Shown one piece after another: positions 54,591 to 63,398 of a stretch of 64,000 nucleotides of DNA. A program made the position numbers and the translations under genes. The DNA is from Sphingomonadaceae bacterium (GTDB lineage: Bacteria; Chloroflexota; UBA6077). The stretch's first letter is position 1, and the number at the start of each line of letters is the position of its first letter. The stretch lies in the NCBI GenBank assembly GCA_050261575.1, contig JBLNDL010000058.1, positions 1 through 64,000 of the forward strand, read 5' to 3'. The notes under the pieces are model-generated. The model was given only the letters and a program-made list of their open reading frames with translations. It ran no database searches and was not told the DNA's origin.

Positions 54591-55538
54591 ATGGACGAGC
54601 GGGCACAGACTGCTATAGAGACAGTCGACCTGACCAAACGGTATGGAGATCTGACTGCCGTCAACAAGCTCAACCTCTCCATCCAGGAGGGGGAGATCTT
54701 CGGCCTGCTCGGCCCCAACGGCGCTGGGAAGACCACCACCATCCTGATGTTGCTGGGGCTGACGGAGCCCACCTCGGGCAAGGCTCGCGTCTACGGCCAC
54801 GACTCCACCAGGGAACCGCTGGCGGTCAAACGGCTGGTGGGGTACCTGCCGGACAACGTGGGCTTCTACGAGGATCTCACGGCCACGGAGAACCTCCTCT
54901 ACACCGCCGACCTGAACGGCATCCCGAAGAAGGAGGCCCTCCACCGCATCGACGAGTTGCTCAGGCGCGTTGGGCTGCACGACGTCGCGGACAAGGAGGT
55001 CGGCAAGTTCTCCCGAGGCATGCGCCAGCGGCTCGGTATCGCCGACGTCCTGGTCAAGCGCCCCAAGGTGGTGATCCTGGACGAGCCTACCCTCGGCATC
55101 GACCCCGACGGGGTCAAGCAGATGCTCGACCTGATCGTCCAGATGAGCCGCCACGACAAGATCACCGTGCTGCTTTCGTCCCACCTGCTGCATCAGGTGC
55201 AGCAGATCTGCAACCGCGTCGGGATCTTCGTCAAGGGACGCATGGTGGCCGAGGGCTCCATCGAGATGCTGGGGCTCCAGATCATGGGGGGCGAGCCGAT
55301 CATCGTGGAGGTCGAGGCCTCACCTGTGGACGACAGACTGATGGGCGGGCTTCAGAAGGTGCCCGGGGTGGCCTCGGTGGAGAGGGTAAACGGGACTCTG
55401 CTCCTGCACTGCTTCAAGGACGTGCGAGGCGACATTGCCCGCGGCGTCGTGAGCGCCGGAGCCTCGCTCACCCAGATGCGCCTGAGAGGGCACGTCCTGG
55501 AGGAGATCTACCTCAGGTACTTCCGGGAGGGTCAATAA
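54591..55538 (+). CDS. ABC transporter ATP-binding protein
   Basis: GPNGAGKTT, FSRGMRQR, ILDEPT, SSH. Confidence 0.96.
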   Translation: MDERAQTAIETVDLTKRYGDLTAVNKLNLSIQEGEIFGLLGPNGAGKTTTILMLLGLTEPTSGKARVYGHDSTREPLAVKRLVGYLPDNVGFYEDLTATENLLYTADLNGIPKKEALHRIDELLRRVGLHDVADKEVGKFSRGMRQRLGIADVLVKRPKVVILDEPTLGIDPDGVKQMLDLIVQMSRHDKITVLLSSHLLHQVQQICNRVGIFVKGRMVAEGSIEMLGLQIMGGEPIIVEVEASPVDDRLMGGLQKVPGVASVERVNGTLLLHCFKDVRGDIARGVVSAGASLTQMRLRGHVLEEIYLRYFREGQ

Positions 55539-55539
55539 C

Positions 55540-56481
55540 ATGCCGGGACTTCTAGCGGTTTTCCGCAAGGAGATGGCCGACAACTTCGCCAGCAGGCGCT
55601 TCCTCATCATGTTCGCGCTCATCCTGCTGGCTGGCATGTCCGCCACCTACACAGCGGCTCAGGCCATCCGCTCCGACGTGGCCAGCGGGGAGGGCTCCTC
55701 GGCCTTCGTCTTTCTGCGGCTCTTCACCGTCTCGTCGGGCACCCTCCCGTCCTTCGTCGCCTTCGTCGGATTCCTCGGCCCCCTCGTGGGGCTCGCGATG
55801 GGCTTCGACGCAATCAACGGAGAGTACGCCAGGGGAACACTTAGCCGCGTGCTCTCAAACCCCATCTTCCGGGACTCCGTCATCAACGGGAAGTTCCTGG
55901 CGGGCGTAAGCACCATCGCCGTCATGCTGGTCAGCATCGCCCTGGTGCTGGCCGGGCTGGGGCTGCGCATGATCGGCATCCCGCCCACCCTGGACGAGGT
56001 GCTCAGGCTGTTCTTCTACCTCGTCGTCGCCATCTTCTACGTCGCCTTCTGGATGAGCCTAGCGATACTCTTCTCCATCCTCTTCCGGCAGACGGCCACC
56101 TCGGCGCTGGCGGGGATCGCCCTCTGGATCCTCTTCACCTTCTTCATATCCATGATCGCCGCCACCGCAGCCCAGGCGATGTTCCCCATCAACGAGCAGG
56201 AGCCCCAAACCCTGCTGAACCACGAATACTTCAGGATGGGCCTGTCGCGGATCTCCCCGACGACCCTCTACCAGGAGACGACCATGACCATCCTGACCCC
56301 GAGCATTCGCTCCCTTGGGCCAGTCATGCTGGCGGACGTCATCGGGATGGTGCCGGGGCCGCTGCCGCTGGTGCAGAGCCTGCTGGTGGTGTGGCCGCAG
56401 TTGATCGGCCTTATATCCATGACCCTGGCCTGCTTCGGCTTCTCCTACTACCGCTTCATGCGCCAGGAGATCAGGGCATAG
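55540..56481 (+). CDS. ABC-2 type permease (NosY-like)
   Basis: GFDAINGE..RGTL..VLSNPIFRDSVINGKF; 6 TM segments. Confidence 0.92.
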   Translation: MPGLLAVFRKEMADNFASRRFLIMFALILLAGMSATYTAAQAIRSDVASGEGSSAFVFLRLFTVSSGTLPSFVAFVGFLGPLVGLAMGFDAINGEYARGTLSRVLSNPIFRDSVINGKFLAGVSTIAVMLVSIALVLAGLGLRMIGIPPTLDEVLRLFFYLVVAIFYVAFWMSLAILFSILFRQTATSALAGIALWILFTFFISMIAATAAQAMFPINEQEPQTLLNHEYFRMGLSRISPTTLYQETTMTILTPSIRSLGPVMLADVIGMVPGPLPLVQSLLVVWPQLIGLISMTLACFGFSYYRFMRQEIRA

Positions 56482-56507
56482 CCAGGACCGAGGACTGACG
56501 ACTCGGT

Positions 56508-56590
56508 GTAGGGCGGCGGCTCGTAACGCTGCGCTCGCTCGCGTTGCGAGCCGCCGCCCGGCCCCAACAGGGGGCTGGCCCCTGCTCTAC
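56508..56590. repeat. REP doublet (REPIN-like) between convergent genes
   Basis: GTAGGGCGGCGGCTCG...CGAGCCGCCGCCC ... CAGGGG..CCCCTGCTCTAC (GTAG...CTAC ends). Confidence 0.6.
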
Positions 56591-56632
56591 ATCGTGGCCA
56601 CCCTCGCTTCTCGGTCCTTCAACCCCAGGCCC

Positions 56633-56917
56633 TCACTTCAGTCCCGCGATGAACTCGTCTATCGGTATCGCCGCCATCGTCAACGCTCGGATGGTCCCCC
56701 GGGAGATCAACTCCGCCGCCACCCGCGCGATCGTCTCGTTGTCCGGCGCCTCGATGACGTTCACGAAGTCGTAGGGGCCGAGCACCGCCCACTGGTTCAC
56801 CACCCTCGCCCCCATCCGCTCGACCTCCTGGTTGACCTCCTTGATCCGCTCCGGCTTCAGCTTGATGGTCTTGGCCCCCTCGTCTGTAAGGGTGCTCAGC
56901 ATCACGAAAACGGCCAC
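56633..56917 (-). CDS. GYD domain-containing protein
   Basis: LSTLTDEGAKTIK..PER...LGPYDFVNVIEAPD; GGAG RBS and GTG 56917. Confidence 0.9.
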   Translation of the reverse strand: MAVFVMLSTLTDEGAKTIKLKPERIKEVNQEVERMGARVVNQWAVLGPYDFVNVIEAPDNETIARVAAELISRGTIRALTMAAIPIDEFIAGLK

Positions 56918-56994
56918 GGCCCTCTCCTCCCTGCTGGACTGCTCGCGCCGACGGCGCGGGGGACTGGGCGGCGCGCAACTGCGGCCGCTCCTAT

Positions 56995-57060
56995 GCAGAT
57001 GTCTCCAGTTCGTGTCATCGTCTCTAGCGGGAAACACGCACTCGATCCAGAGACACCTGC
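56995..57060. mobile_element. MITE-like repeat, copy E
   Basis: GCAGATGTCTCCAGTTCGTGTC...GCGGGAAACACGCACTC..TCCAGAGACACCTGC, between the GYD gene and cas3. Confidence 0.72.
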
Positions 57061-57129
57061 TTAGTGGTGGTTGCCGCACGTTGCGTGCCGCACTGCCCCC
57101 TAACCAGCTAGCAATCTACGGCGCCCAAA

Positions 57130-57138
57130 TGCTACTAT
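57130..57138 (+). promoter_or_regulatory. Candidate extended -10 for the cas operon
   Basis: TGcTACTAT about 60 nt before the cas3 ATG. Confidence 0.35.
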
Positions 57139-57198
57139 CTGGTTGTAGTCACCGCCCGTCCTCGCTCGGTTCCCACACACTATGCCAGAGAGGCCGGA

Positions 57199-59373
57199 AT
57201 GCACTACGCACACTCCCGCAACGATCGAGGCGAAAGGCAGGACCTCCTCACCCACCTGCGCAACGTCGCCCAGATGGCGTCCTCCTTTGCCGCTGGCTTC
57301 GGCGCCTCAGAAGCCGGCTACTACCTCGGACTATGGCACGACGCCGGCAAGTTCTCCCCCGCGTTTCAGCGCTACCTCCTCGACACCGAGACGCCCGCCG
57401 CGCGCCGGCCACGCGGCCCGGACCACAAGGCCGCCGGCTCCGAGATCGCGACCCGCTACCTCTGGCTCCTGGCCATGGCCATCCAGGCCCACCACGGCGG
57501 CCTCAGATCCCCGGAGGAGTTCCGTACCTGGCTATCGGAGCGGAAGGCCAAGGGCAGCCATGCCGAGGCTCTCGACATCGCCCGACACGCGATGCCGGAC
57601 CTCCTTCCCTCGGCCCCCCTTCCGGTTCCGACGCACGCCGTCCGGGATCCCATCGCGACCGAGTTCCTGCTGCGGATGCTCTTCTCCGCCCTGGTCGACG
57701 CCGACTTCGTCGACACCGAACGACACATGCGTCCGGACCGGGCAGGGTTGCGTGGCCCCTCAGCCACCATGGCGGAGCTGTGGGAGCGGTTTCGCCGATT
57801 CCACGAGACGCTCCACACCGGTGACGACGGCCCCGTCGCTCGAGTCCGCCGCATCGTCTACGAGGCATGCCTCGCCGCCGCCGACCGTCCGCCAGGGCTC
57901 TTCCGGCTCACGGTCCCGACCGGAGGGGGAAAGACCCTGTCCGGGATGGCGTTCGCCCTCCGCCACGCGCTGCGGCACGGCCACCGTCGGGTGATCGTGG
58001 CAGTCCCCTTCATCAGCATCACCGAGCAGACTGCCGACGTCTACCGCGAGGTCTTCGAGTCCGCCCCAACCGTCGGCCCAGTCGTCCTCGAACACCACAG
58101 CGGCGCCTCCAACCTCGCTCCAGATAGCGAGGACTTCGATCCCGCCTACCTGTGGCGTCGCCTGGCCGCCGAGAACTGGGACGCCCCCATCGTCGTCACC
58201 ACCACGGTCCAGTTGTTCGAGAGCCTGTTCGCCTCCAGCCCTTCCGGCTGCCGCAAGCTGCACCGGCTGGCCGGCAGCGTCCTGATCCTCGACGAAGCCC
58301 AGGTGCTCCCGCCCCACCTCCTGACGCCGATCCTGGACGCGCTGCGCCAGTTGTGCAGCCACTACGGAACGACAGTGGTGCTCTCCACCGCCACCCAGCC
58401 CGCCTTCGAGTCGATCCAGCCATTCCGTGACCTGGACGCCACCGAGATCGTGCCGGACCCGGCCAGGCTCTTCCGCGAACTCAGCCGTGTGACCTACGAG
58501 TGGAGGACAGACCCGCCCTTGGCTTGGGAGGAGGTCGCCTCCCTGATGCGCGATCAGGCCCACGCCCTCGCCGTGGTCAACACCAGGGGCAACGCCATGG
58601 ATCTCCTGGACTCCCTGGGAGACCCGGAGGCGCTACACCTATCCACACAGTTGTGCGGCGCGCACCGCAGACTGGTGATCGCGGAGGTCCGACGCCGACT
58701 GCGCGAGGGCGAGCCATGCAGGTTGGTCTCAACTCAGGTGGTGGAGGCCGGGGTGGACCTGGACTTCCCACTGGTGCTGCGAGCCCTGGGCCCGCTGGAC
58801 GGCATCATTCAGGCCGCCGGCCGATGTAATCGAGAGGGACGGCTCCACAGGGGCCGGGTCGTAGTCTTCGAGCCGAGGGACGGTTCTGCCCCGAAAGGCA
58901 GCTACCTCACCGGCATCGGCGTCACCCGCGCCCTCCTGGGGGCCGGCCGCGTCGATCCAGACGACCCCGACACGGCGCGCCGCTACTTTGGCCGCCTGTT
59001 CGAGCTCCAGGAGACCGACAGAGAGGGCATCCAGCGGCTCAGGTCCAGCCTCAACTACCCCGAGGTCTCGCGCCGCTTTCGGATGATCGACGAGCCCACG
59101 GAGAGCGTGGTCGTGCCCTTCGGGCCGGAGGAGGATCAGAGGAAGGTCGCACAGATGCTCGACGGGCTGAGAGAGGGCAACGCCGATGCTCGCGATCTGA
59201 TACGGCGATTCCAGCCCTACCTGGTGTCCATCCGAACGCGGGAGGCCGACACGTACCGGCGCCGCGGGCTTATCGACCCCGTGCTGCCCGGCCTCGGCCG
59301 ATGGCTGGGAGCCTACGACCCGGTCAGAGGGCTGGTCGGCGAGGGGCTCGATCCCGGCAGCTTCGTGATCTAA
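57199..59373 (+). CDS. cas3: CRISPR-associated helicase/nuclease Cas3 (type I-C)
   Basis: HD domain (HL...HDAGK...HHGGL...DAD), VPTGGGKT, DEAQ, STATQP, QAAGRCNR. Confidence 0.96.
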   Translation: MHYAHSRNDRGERQDLLTHLRNVAQMASSFAAGFGASEAGYYLGLWHDAGKFSPAFQRYLLDTETPAARRPRGPDHKAAGSEIATRYLWLLAMAIQAHHGGLRSPEEFRTWLSERKAKGSHAEALDIARHAMPDLLPSAPLPVPTHAVRDPIATEFLLRMLFSALVDADFVDTERHMRPDRAGLRGPSATMAELWERFRRFHETLHTGDDGPVARVRRIVYEACLAAADRPPGLFRLTVPTGGGKTLSGMAFALRHALRHGHRRVIVAVPFISITEQTADVYREVFESAPTVGPVVLEHHSGASNLAPDSEDFDPAYLWRRLAAENWDAPIVVTTTVQLFESLFASSPSGCRKLHRLAGSVLILDEAQVLPPHLLTPILDALRQLCSHYGTTVVLSTATQPAFESIQPFRDLDATEIVPDPARLFRELSRVTYEWRTDPPLAWEEVASLMRDQAHALAVVNTRGNAMDLLDSLGDPEALHLSTQLCGAHRRLVIAEVRRRLREGEPCRLVSTQVVEAGVDLDFPLVLRALGPLDGIIQAAGRCNREGRLHRGRVVVFEPRDGSAPKGSYLTGIGVTRALLGAGRVDPDDPDTARRYFGRLFELQETDREGIQRLRSSLNYPEVSRRFRMIDEPTESVVVPFGPEEDQRKVAQMLDGLREGNADARDLIRRFQPYLVSIRTREADTYRRRGLIDPVLPGLGRWLGAYDPVRGLVGEGLDPGSFVI

Positions 59374-59402
59374 TCCCCCGAGGGAACTGGAAAGGAGGAG
59401 CC

Positions 59403-60047
59403 ATGAACGCGCGACACCCACCGGTCACCGTCCGAGTGTGGGGAGACTTCGCCTGCTTTACACGGCCGGAGATGAAGGTCGAGCGGGTAACCTACCCCAC
59501 CATGACCCCATCCGCGGCACGAGGGATCCTGGAAGCGATCTTCTGGAAGCCGGAGTTCACCTGGAGGGTGGAGGAGATCTGGGTCCTCAAACCGATCCGC
59601 TACTTCTCCATCCTGCGGAACGAGGTGAACGGCCGCGCGAGCGAGCGCGCGGCCGCCTCGTGGGCCAAGGTGGGCGGTGGCTACGTGGCCGAAGAGGACC
59701 GCGCCCAGCGCCACACCCTCGCTCTTCGGGACGTGGACTATCTCATATCGGCTCAACTCGAGGTGAAGCCCCACGTAGGGGAGGACCCCGCGAAGTTTCG
59801 CGACCAGTTCCGGAGGAGGGTTCGGAGCGGCCGCTGCTTCACCACCCCCTACCTGGGGTGCAGGGAGTTCTCGGCGAGCTTCGGCGAGCCGGCCGGATAC
59901 GAGCAACCGATCGACCTCACCGAGGAGTTGGGGCCGATGCTGCTGGACCTGGACTACGACCCCGATGGCTCGGGTCGCGGCGCTCCGCGTTTCTTCGACG
60001 CCCGGTTGGAACACGGAGTCCTGCGGGTCCCGGCGCGGGCGGATTAG
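59403..60047 (+). CDS. cas5c: Type I-C Cas5c (Cas5d) crRNA-processing subunit
   Basis: WGDFACFTRPEMKVERVTY..MTPSAARGILEAIFWKP, RNEV, YLGCREF. Confidence 0.96.
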   Translation: MNARHPPVTVRVWGDFACFTRPEMKVERVTYPTMTPSAARGILEAIFWKPEFTWRVEEIWVLKPIRYFSILRNEVNGRASERAAASWAKVGGGYVAEEDRAQRHTLALRDVDYLISAQLEVKPHVGEDPAKFRDQFRRRVRSGRCFTTPYLGCREFSASFGEPAGYEQPIDLTEELGPMLLDLDYDPDGSGRGAPRFFDARLEHGVLRVPARAD

Positions 60048-60056
60048 GAGGAACCC

Positions 60057-61823
60057 ATGCTGCTTCAACGGCTGGCCGAGTACGCTGGCCGGCTGGACCT
60101 ACCGCCAACTCTCTACAGCGAGACCGCGGTCCGTTACATCCTCGAGTTAGATGGCTCGGGCCGGCTGCTCTCCCCCGAGCCCGTGGACACGGCCGACCCA
60201 TCCAACCCCAGGACCCGTCGCGGCTTGCGCCGGCCAATGCCCCAGGTGCAGCGCTCGTCAGGCATCAAGCCGCTGCTTCTGGCCGACAACGCCGAGTATA
60301 CCCTGGGCCTTCCCAAGCAGGACTCGAAGCCGGACCGCGTCGCCGCCTGCCACCAAGCCTACCTGGATCTGCTACGCAGGTGCGCCCAAGCCACCCGGGA
60401 GCCCGCCGTCGAGGCGGTGCTGCACTTCCTGGAGGGCGAGCCCCTCCCCCAATTGAGGCTCCCCCTCGATTTCGATTCCGGGGCCATACTCACCTTCCGG
60501 GTAGACGGCACGCTGCCCGTGGATTTGCCTGCGGTCCAGGCCTTTTGGGCCGCGGTAAACGACCCCGAGTCCGATCAGAGCCGGCCTGCGCGGGTGATGC
60601 AATGCATCGTCTGCGGAAAGGATCGCCCGGTTCTGGAACGGCTCCAGGGGAAGATCAAAGGCGTGCCGGGCGGGCAAACCGCTGGCACATCCCTCATCTC
60701 CGCCAACGCCGAGGCCTTCGAGTCGTACGGGCTCACGGCGTCTCTCGTGGCCCCCACCTGCGCCGAGTGCGGCGAACGCTTCACCAAGGCGGCCAACGCG
60801 CTGCTGGCCGATCGTTCGAGCCGCTTCGACCTCGGCGGCGTGGCCTTCATCTACTGGACGAGGAACCGGGTCGACTTCTCTCTGTGGGACTACTTGACCG
60901 ACCCCAAACCGGAGCAGGTCGGGCAGTTGCTCGGCTCAGTGCTGTCCGGACACCGCGGCACGGAGCTGGAAGCGACCGCCTTCTACGCCACAGCCCTCTC
61001 GGGCAGCGGCGGCAGGGCGGTGGTCCGCGACTGGATCGACACCACCGTGGGGGAGGTGCAGCGCCACCTGGCCACGTGGTTCCACCGCCAGGCCATCGTG
61101 GGGGCCTACGGCGAGGATCCCCGCCCCTTCGGGCTCTGCCCACTCGCCCTGGCAACCGTACGGGACTCGAAGGACCTGGTACCGCGAACTCCACGCGCCC
61201 TGCTGCGCTCCGCCCTCACAGGCGCCCCGCTGCCTATCGACCTCCTCTTCGAAGCGGTGAGGCGAAACCGAGCCGAGCAGGAGGTCACTCGACCCCGCGC
61301 CGCCCTGATAAAGCTGGTGCTATCGAGCCGGCACCAGGCCAACGAGGAGGATGCCATGGTTCAACTCGATGCCCAAAACCCCAGTCCGGCCTATCGATGT
61401 GGACGGCTACTCGCAGTGCTGGAGGAGGTCCAGCGGCTCGCGGTCCCAGGCGCCAAGGCCACGATCGTCGACCGCTTCTTCGGGACCGCGTCGACGGCTC
61501 CGTCCTCGGTCTTCGGGCGCCTCCTGCGCGGCGCTCAGCCCCACCTAGCGAAGTTGGAGCGGGACCGCCCAGGCGCCTACCGCGTTCTCCAGACCCGGCT
61601 GGAGGAGATCCAGGCCGGACTCGCAGGCTTCCCCAAGACACTCACGTTGGAGGAGCAGGGCCTCTTCGCGCTGGGCTACTACCATCAGCGCGCTTGGGAC
61701 CGCAAGATCGCCATGGAGAGGGCCGAGCAGCGCCGGGCCGGCCGGCCCCACTCCGGCGACACCCTTGCGGAGACGCTTCTGAACGAGCAGCTCTCGGACA
61801 ACACAGTTGTGGAGGAGGACTGA
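60057..61823 (+). CDS. cas8c: Type I-C large subunit Cas8c (Csd1)
   Basis: LADNAEY, CIVCG, KIKGVPG...LISAN..AFESYG, YRCGRLLAVLE, FALGYYHQ. Confidence 0.94.
   Translation: MLLQRLAEYAGRLDLPPTLYSETAVRYILELDGSGRLLSPEPVDTADPSNPRTRRGLRRPMPQVQRSSGIKPLLLADNAEYTLGLPKQDSKPDRVAACHQAYLDLLRRCAQATREPAVEAVLHFLEGEPLPQLRLPLDFDSGAILTFRVDGTLPVDLPAVQAFWAAVNDPESDQSRPARVMQCIVCGKDRPVLERLQGKIKGVPGGQTAGTSLISANAEAFESYGLTASLVAPTCAECGERFTKAANALLADRSSRFDLGGVAFIYWTRNRVDFSLWDYLTDPKPEQVGQLLGSVLSGHRGTELEATAFYATALSGSGGRAVVRDWIDTTVGEVQRHLATWFHRQAIVGAYGEDPRPFGLCPLALATVRDSKDLVPRTPRALLRSALTGAPLPIDLLFEAVRRNRAEQEVTRPRAALIKLVLSSRHQANEEDAMVQLDAQNPSPAYRCGRLLAVLEEVQRLAVPGAKATIVDRFFGTASTAPSSVFGRLLRGAQPHLAKLERDRPGAYRVLQTRLEEIQAGLAGFPKTLTLEEQGLFALGYYHQRAWDRKIAMERAEQRRAGRPHSGDTLAETLLNEQLSDNTVVEED
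61356..61823 (+). CDS. cas11c: Probable internally translated small subunit Cas11c (in frame within cas8c)
   Basis: GAGGAGG RBS (61344-61350), 5-nt spacer, in-frame ATG starting MVQLDAQNPSPAYRCGRLLAVLE. Confidence 0.7.
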   Translation: MVQLDAQNPSPAYRCGRLLAVLEEVQRLAVPGAKATIVDRFFGTASTAPSSVFGRLLRGAQPHLAKLERDRPGAYRVLQTRLEEIQAGLAGFPKTLTLEEQGLFALGYYHQRAWDRKIAMERAEQRRAGRPHSGDTLAETLLNEQLSDNTVVEED

Positions 61824-61824
61824 G

Positions 61825-62739
61825 ATGGCCAGCACCCCTTACATCGACGTGACTCGGCGCCAGGACTTCGTGCTGCTATTCGACGTGGCCGATGGCAACC
61901 CCAACGGCGACCCCGACGCGGGCAACCTTCCACGGGTCGATCCCGAGACCATGCAGGGACTGGTCACCGACGTGGCCATCAAGCGGAAGGTGCGGGACTG
62001 GGTGGACCTCGCCAGAGGGCAGGAGAGCCGGTACAAGATCTACGTTCAGAGCGGGTCGGCCCTGATCACCAAGCACAAGCGAGCCTACGAGGAGTTGGGC
62101 ATCACCTCTACCGGAGCCAAGCAGGCCCGGGACGACGTGAACAGAGCCAGGGGCTGGATGTGCGCCAACTTCTACGACATTCGGATGTTCGGCGCCGTGA
62201 TGGGCGTCAGCGTCAACTGCGGCCAGGTGCGGGGTCCCGTGCAAATGACCTTCGCCCGATCGTTGGATCCCATCGTTCCCCTGGACCTCTCCATCACCAG
62301 GGTGGCCGTGACTCGGGAGGAGGACACGGCGATCGCGGTGGCCGAGGACGGCGGATCCGCGGGCGGGGGCAAGCAGACGGAGATGGGACGCAAGGCCCTG
62401 GTGCCCTACGGACTCTACCGGGCCCACGGTTTCTTCAACCCACACCTCGCCAGACAGACGGGCGCCACGGACGAGGACCTGGAGCTGTTCTGGGAGGCCC
62501 TGCAGAGGATGTGGGAGGTGGACCGGTCCTCCTCCAGAGGGATGATGGCGTGCCGCGGGCTGTACGTCTTCACCCACGACAGCCCCCTGGGGAACGCTCC
62601 CGCACACCGGCTCTTCGAGCGCATCCGCGTCTTCCGGAGACCGGAGGTCTCTGCACCACGCTCCTTCCAGGACTACGAGGTTGAGATCCGCGACTCCGAC
62701 CTGCCGGAGGGGATCACCCTCGCGAGGCTGGAGGGGTAG
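61825..62739 (+). CDS. cas7c: Type I-C backbone Cas7c (Csd2)
   Basis: DFVLLFDV.DGNPNGDPDAGNLPRVD, TDVAIKRKVR, FYDIRMFGAV, GQVRGPVQ, MGRK. Confidence 0.96.
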   Translation: MASTPYIDVTRRQDFVLLFDVADGNPNGDPDAGNLPRVDPETMQGLVTDVAIKRKVRDWVDLARGQESRYKIYVQSGSALITKHKRAYEELGITSTGAKQARDDVNRARGWMCANFYDIRMFGAVMGVSVNCGQVRGPVQMTFARSLDPIVPLDLSITRVAVTREEDTAIAVAEDGGSAGGGKQTEMGRKALVPYGLYRAHGFFNPHLARQTGATDEDLELFWEALQRMWEVDRSSSRGMMACRGLYVFTHDSPLGNAPAHRLFERIRVFRRPEVSAPRSFQDYEVEIRDSDLPEGITLARLEG

Positions 62740-62741
62740 CC

Positions 62742-63398
62742 GTGGAAGCGCCGGAGGATCCCCTGCTGGAGGGCGAGGACGAGATCCTCATCTCGGCCAT
62801 CGAGCACTACGCCTACTGCCCACGGCAGTGCGGGCTGATCCACCTGGAGGAGATCTTCGAGGAGAACGTCTTCACCGTACGAGGCCGCATCACCCACGAG
62901 CGGGTGGACGAGGGCATCGACACGACCCGACCCGGGCTGCGGGTGGCGCGTTCAATCCCCCTCTGGTCCGAACGGCTGGGGCTGTACGGCAAGGCGGACC
63001 TGGTGGAGTTCCGGCAGGAGGGACCGTACCCGGTGGAGTACAAGCCGGGACGCCGGCATAGGGATGCTCCGGACCTACAACTGTGCGCCCAGGCGTTGTG
63101 CCTCGAAGAGATGCTCGGGGTACCGGTACCCCGAGGAGCCATCTATTACGCGGGTCTCCACCGTCGGTACGAGGTGGAGTTCACGCCTGAGCTGCGCGCG
63201 AGAACCCAGGAGGCCGTGGCGGGGGTGCGGCGGATGCTTCGCACGCCGCGCCTCCCCGACCCGGCCAACGACGAGCGCTGTCCCAACTGCTCGCTCGCCG
63301 ATCCGTGCCTCCCGAGCGTGGTGGCGGACCGCTCCCGACTGCGTGGCCTGCAGGGAGCGCTGTTCCGCCCGCTCGATCTGGGAGAGTCCGATGCATGA
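62742..63398 (+). CDS. cas4: Cas4 exonuclease
   Basis: YCPRQ, ADLVE..PVEYK, QLCAQ, CPNCSLADPC. Confidence 0.95.
   Translation: MEAPEDPLLEGEDEILISAIEHYAYCPRQCGLIHLEEIFEENVFTVRGRITHERVDEGIDTTRPGLRVARSIPLWSERLGLYGKADLVEFRQEGPYPVEYKPGRRHRDAPDLQLCAQALCLEEMLGVPVPRGAIYYAGLHRRYEVEFTPELRARTQEAVAGVRRMLRTPRLPDPANDERCPNCSLADPCLPSVVADRSRLRGLQGALFRPLDLGESDA

Noticed and set aside
57061..57198. CRISPR array or mini-array upstream of cas3
   Set aside because: No repeat-spacer periodicity and no ...ATTGAAAC-like repeat end; only a short TGCCGCAC duplication.
59438..61852. 804-aa overlapping ORF across cas5/cas8
   Set aside because: Arg/Pro/Gly-rich alternate frame with no motifs.
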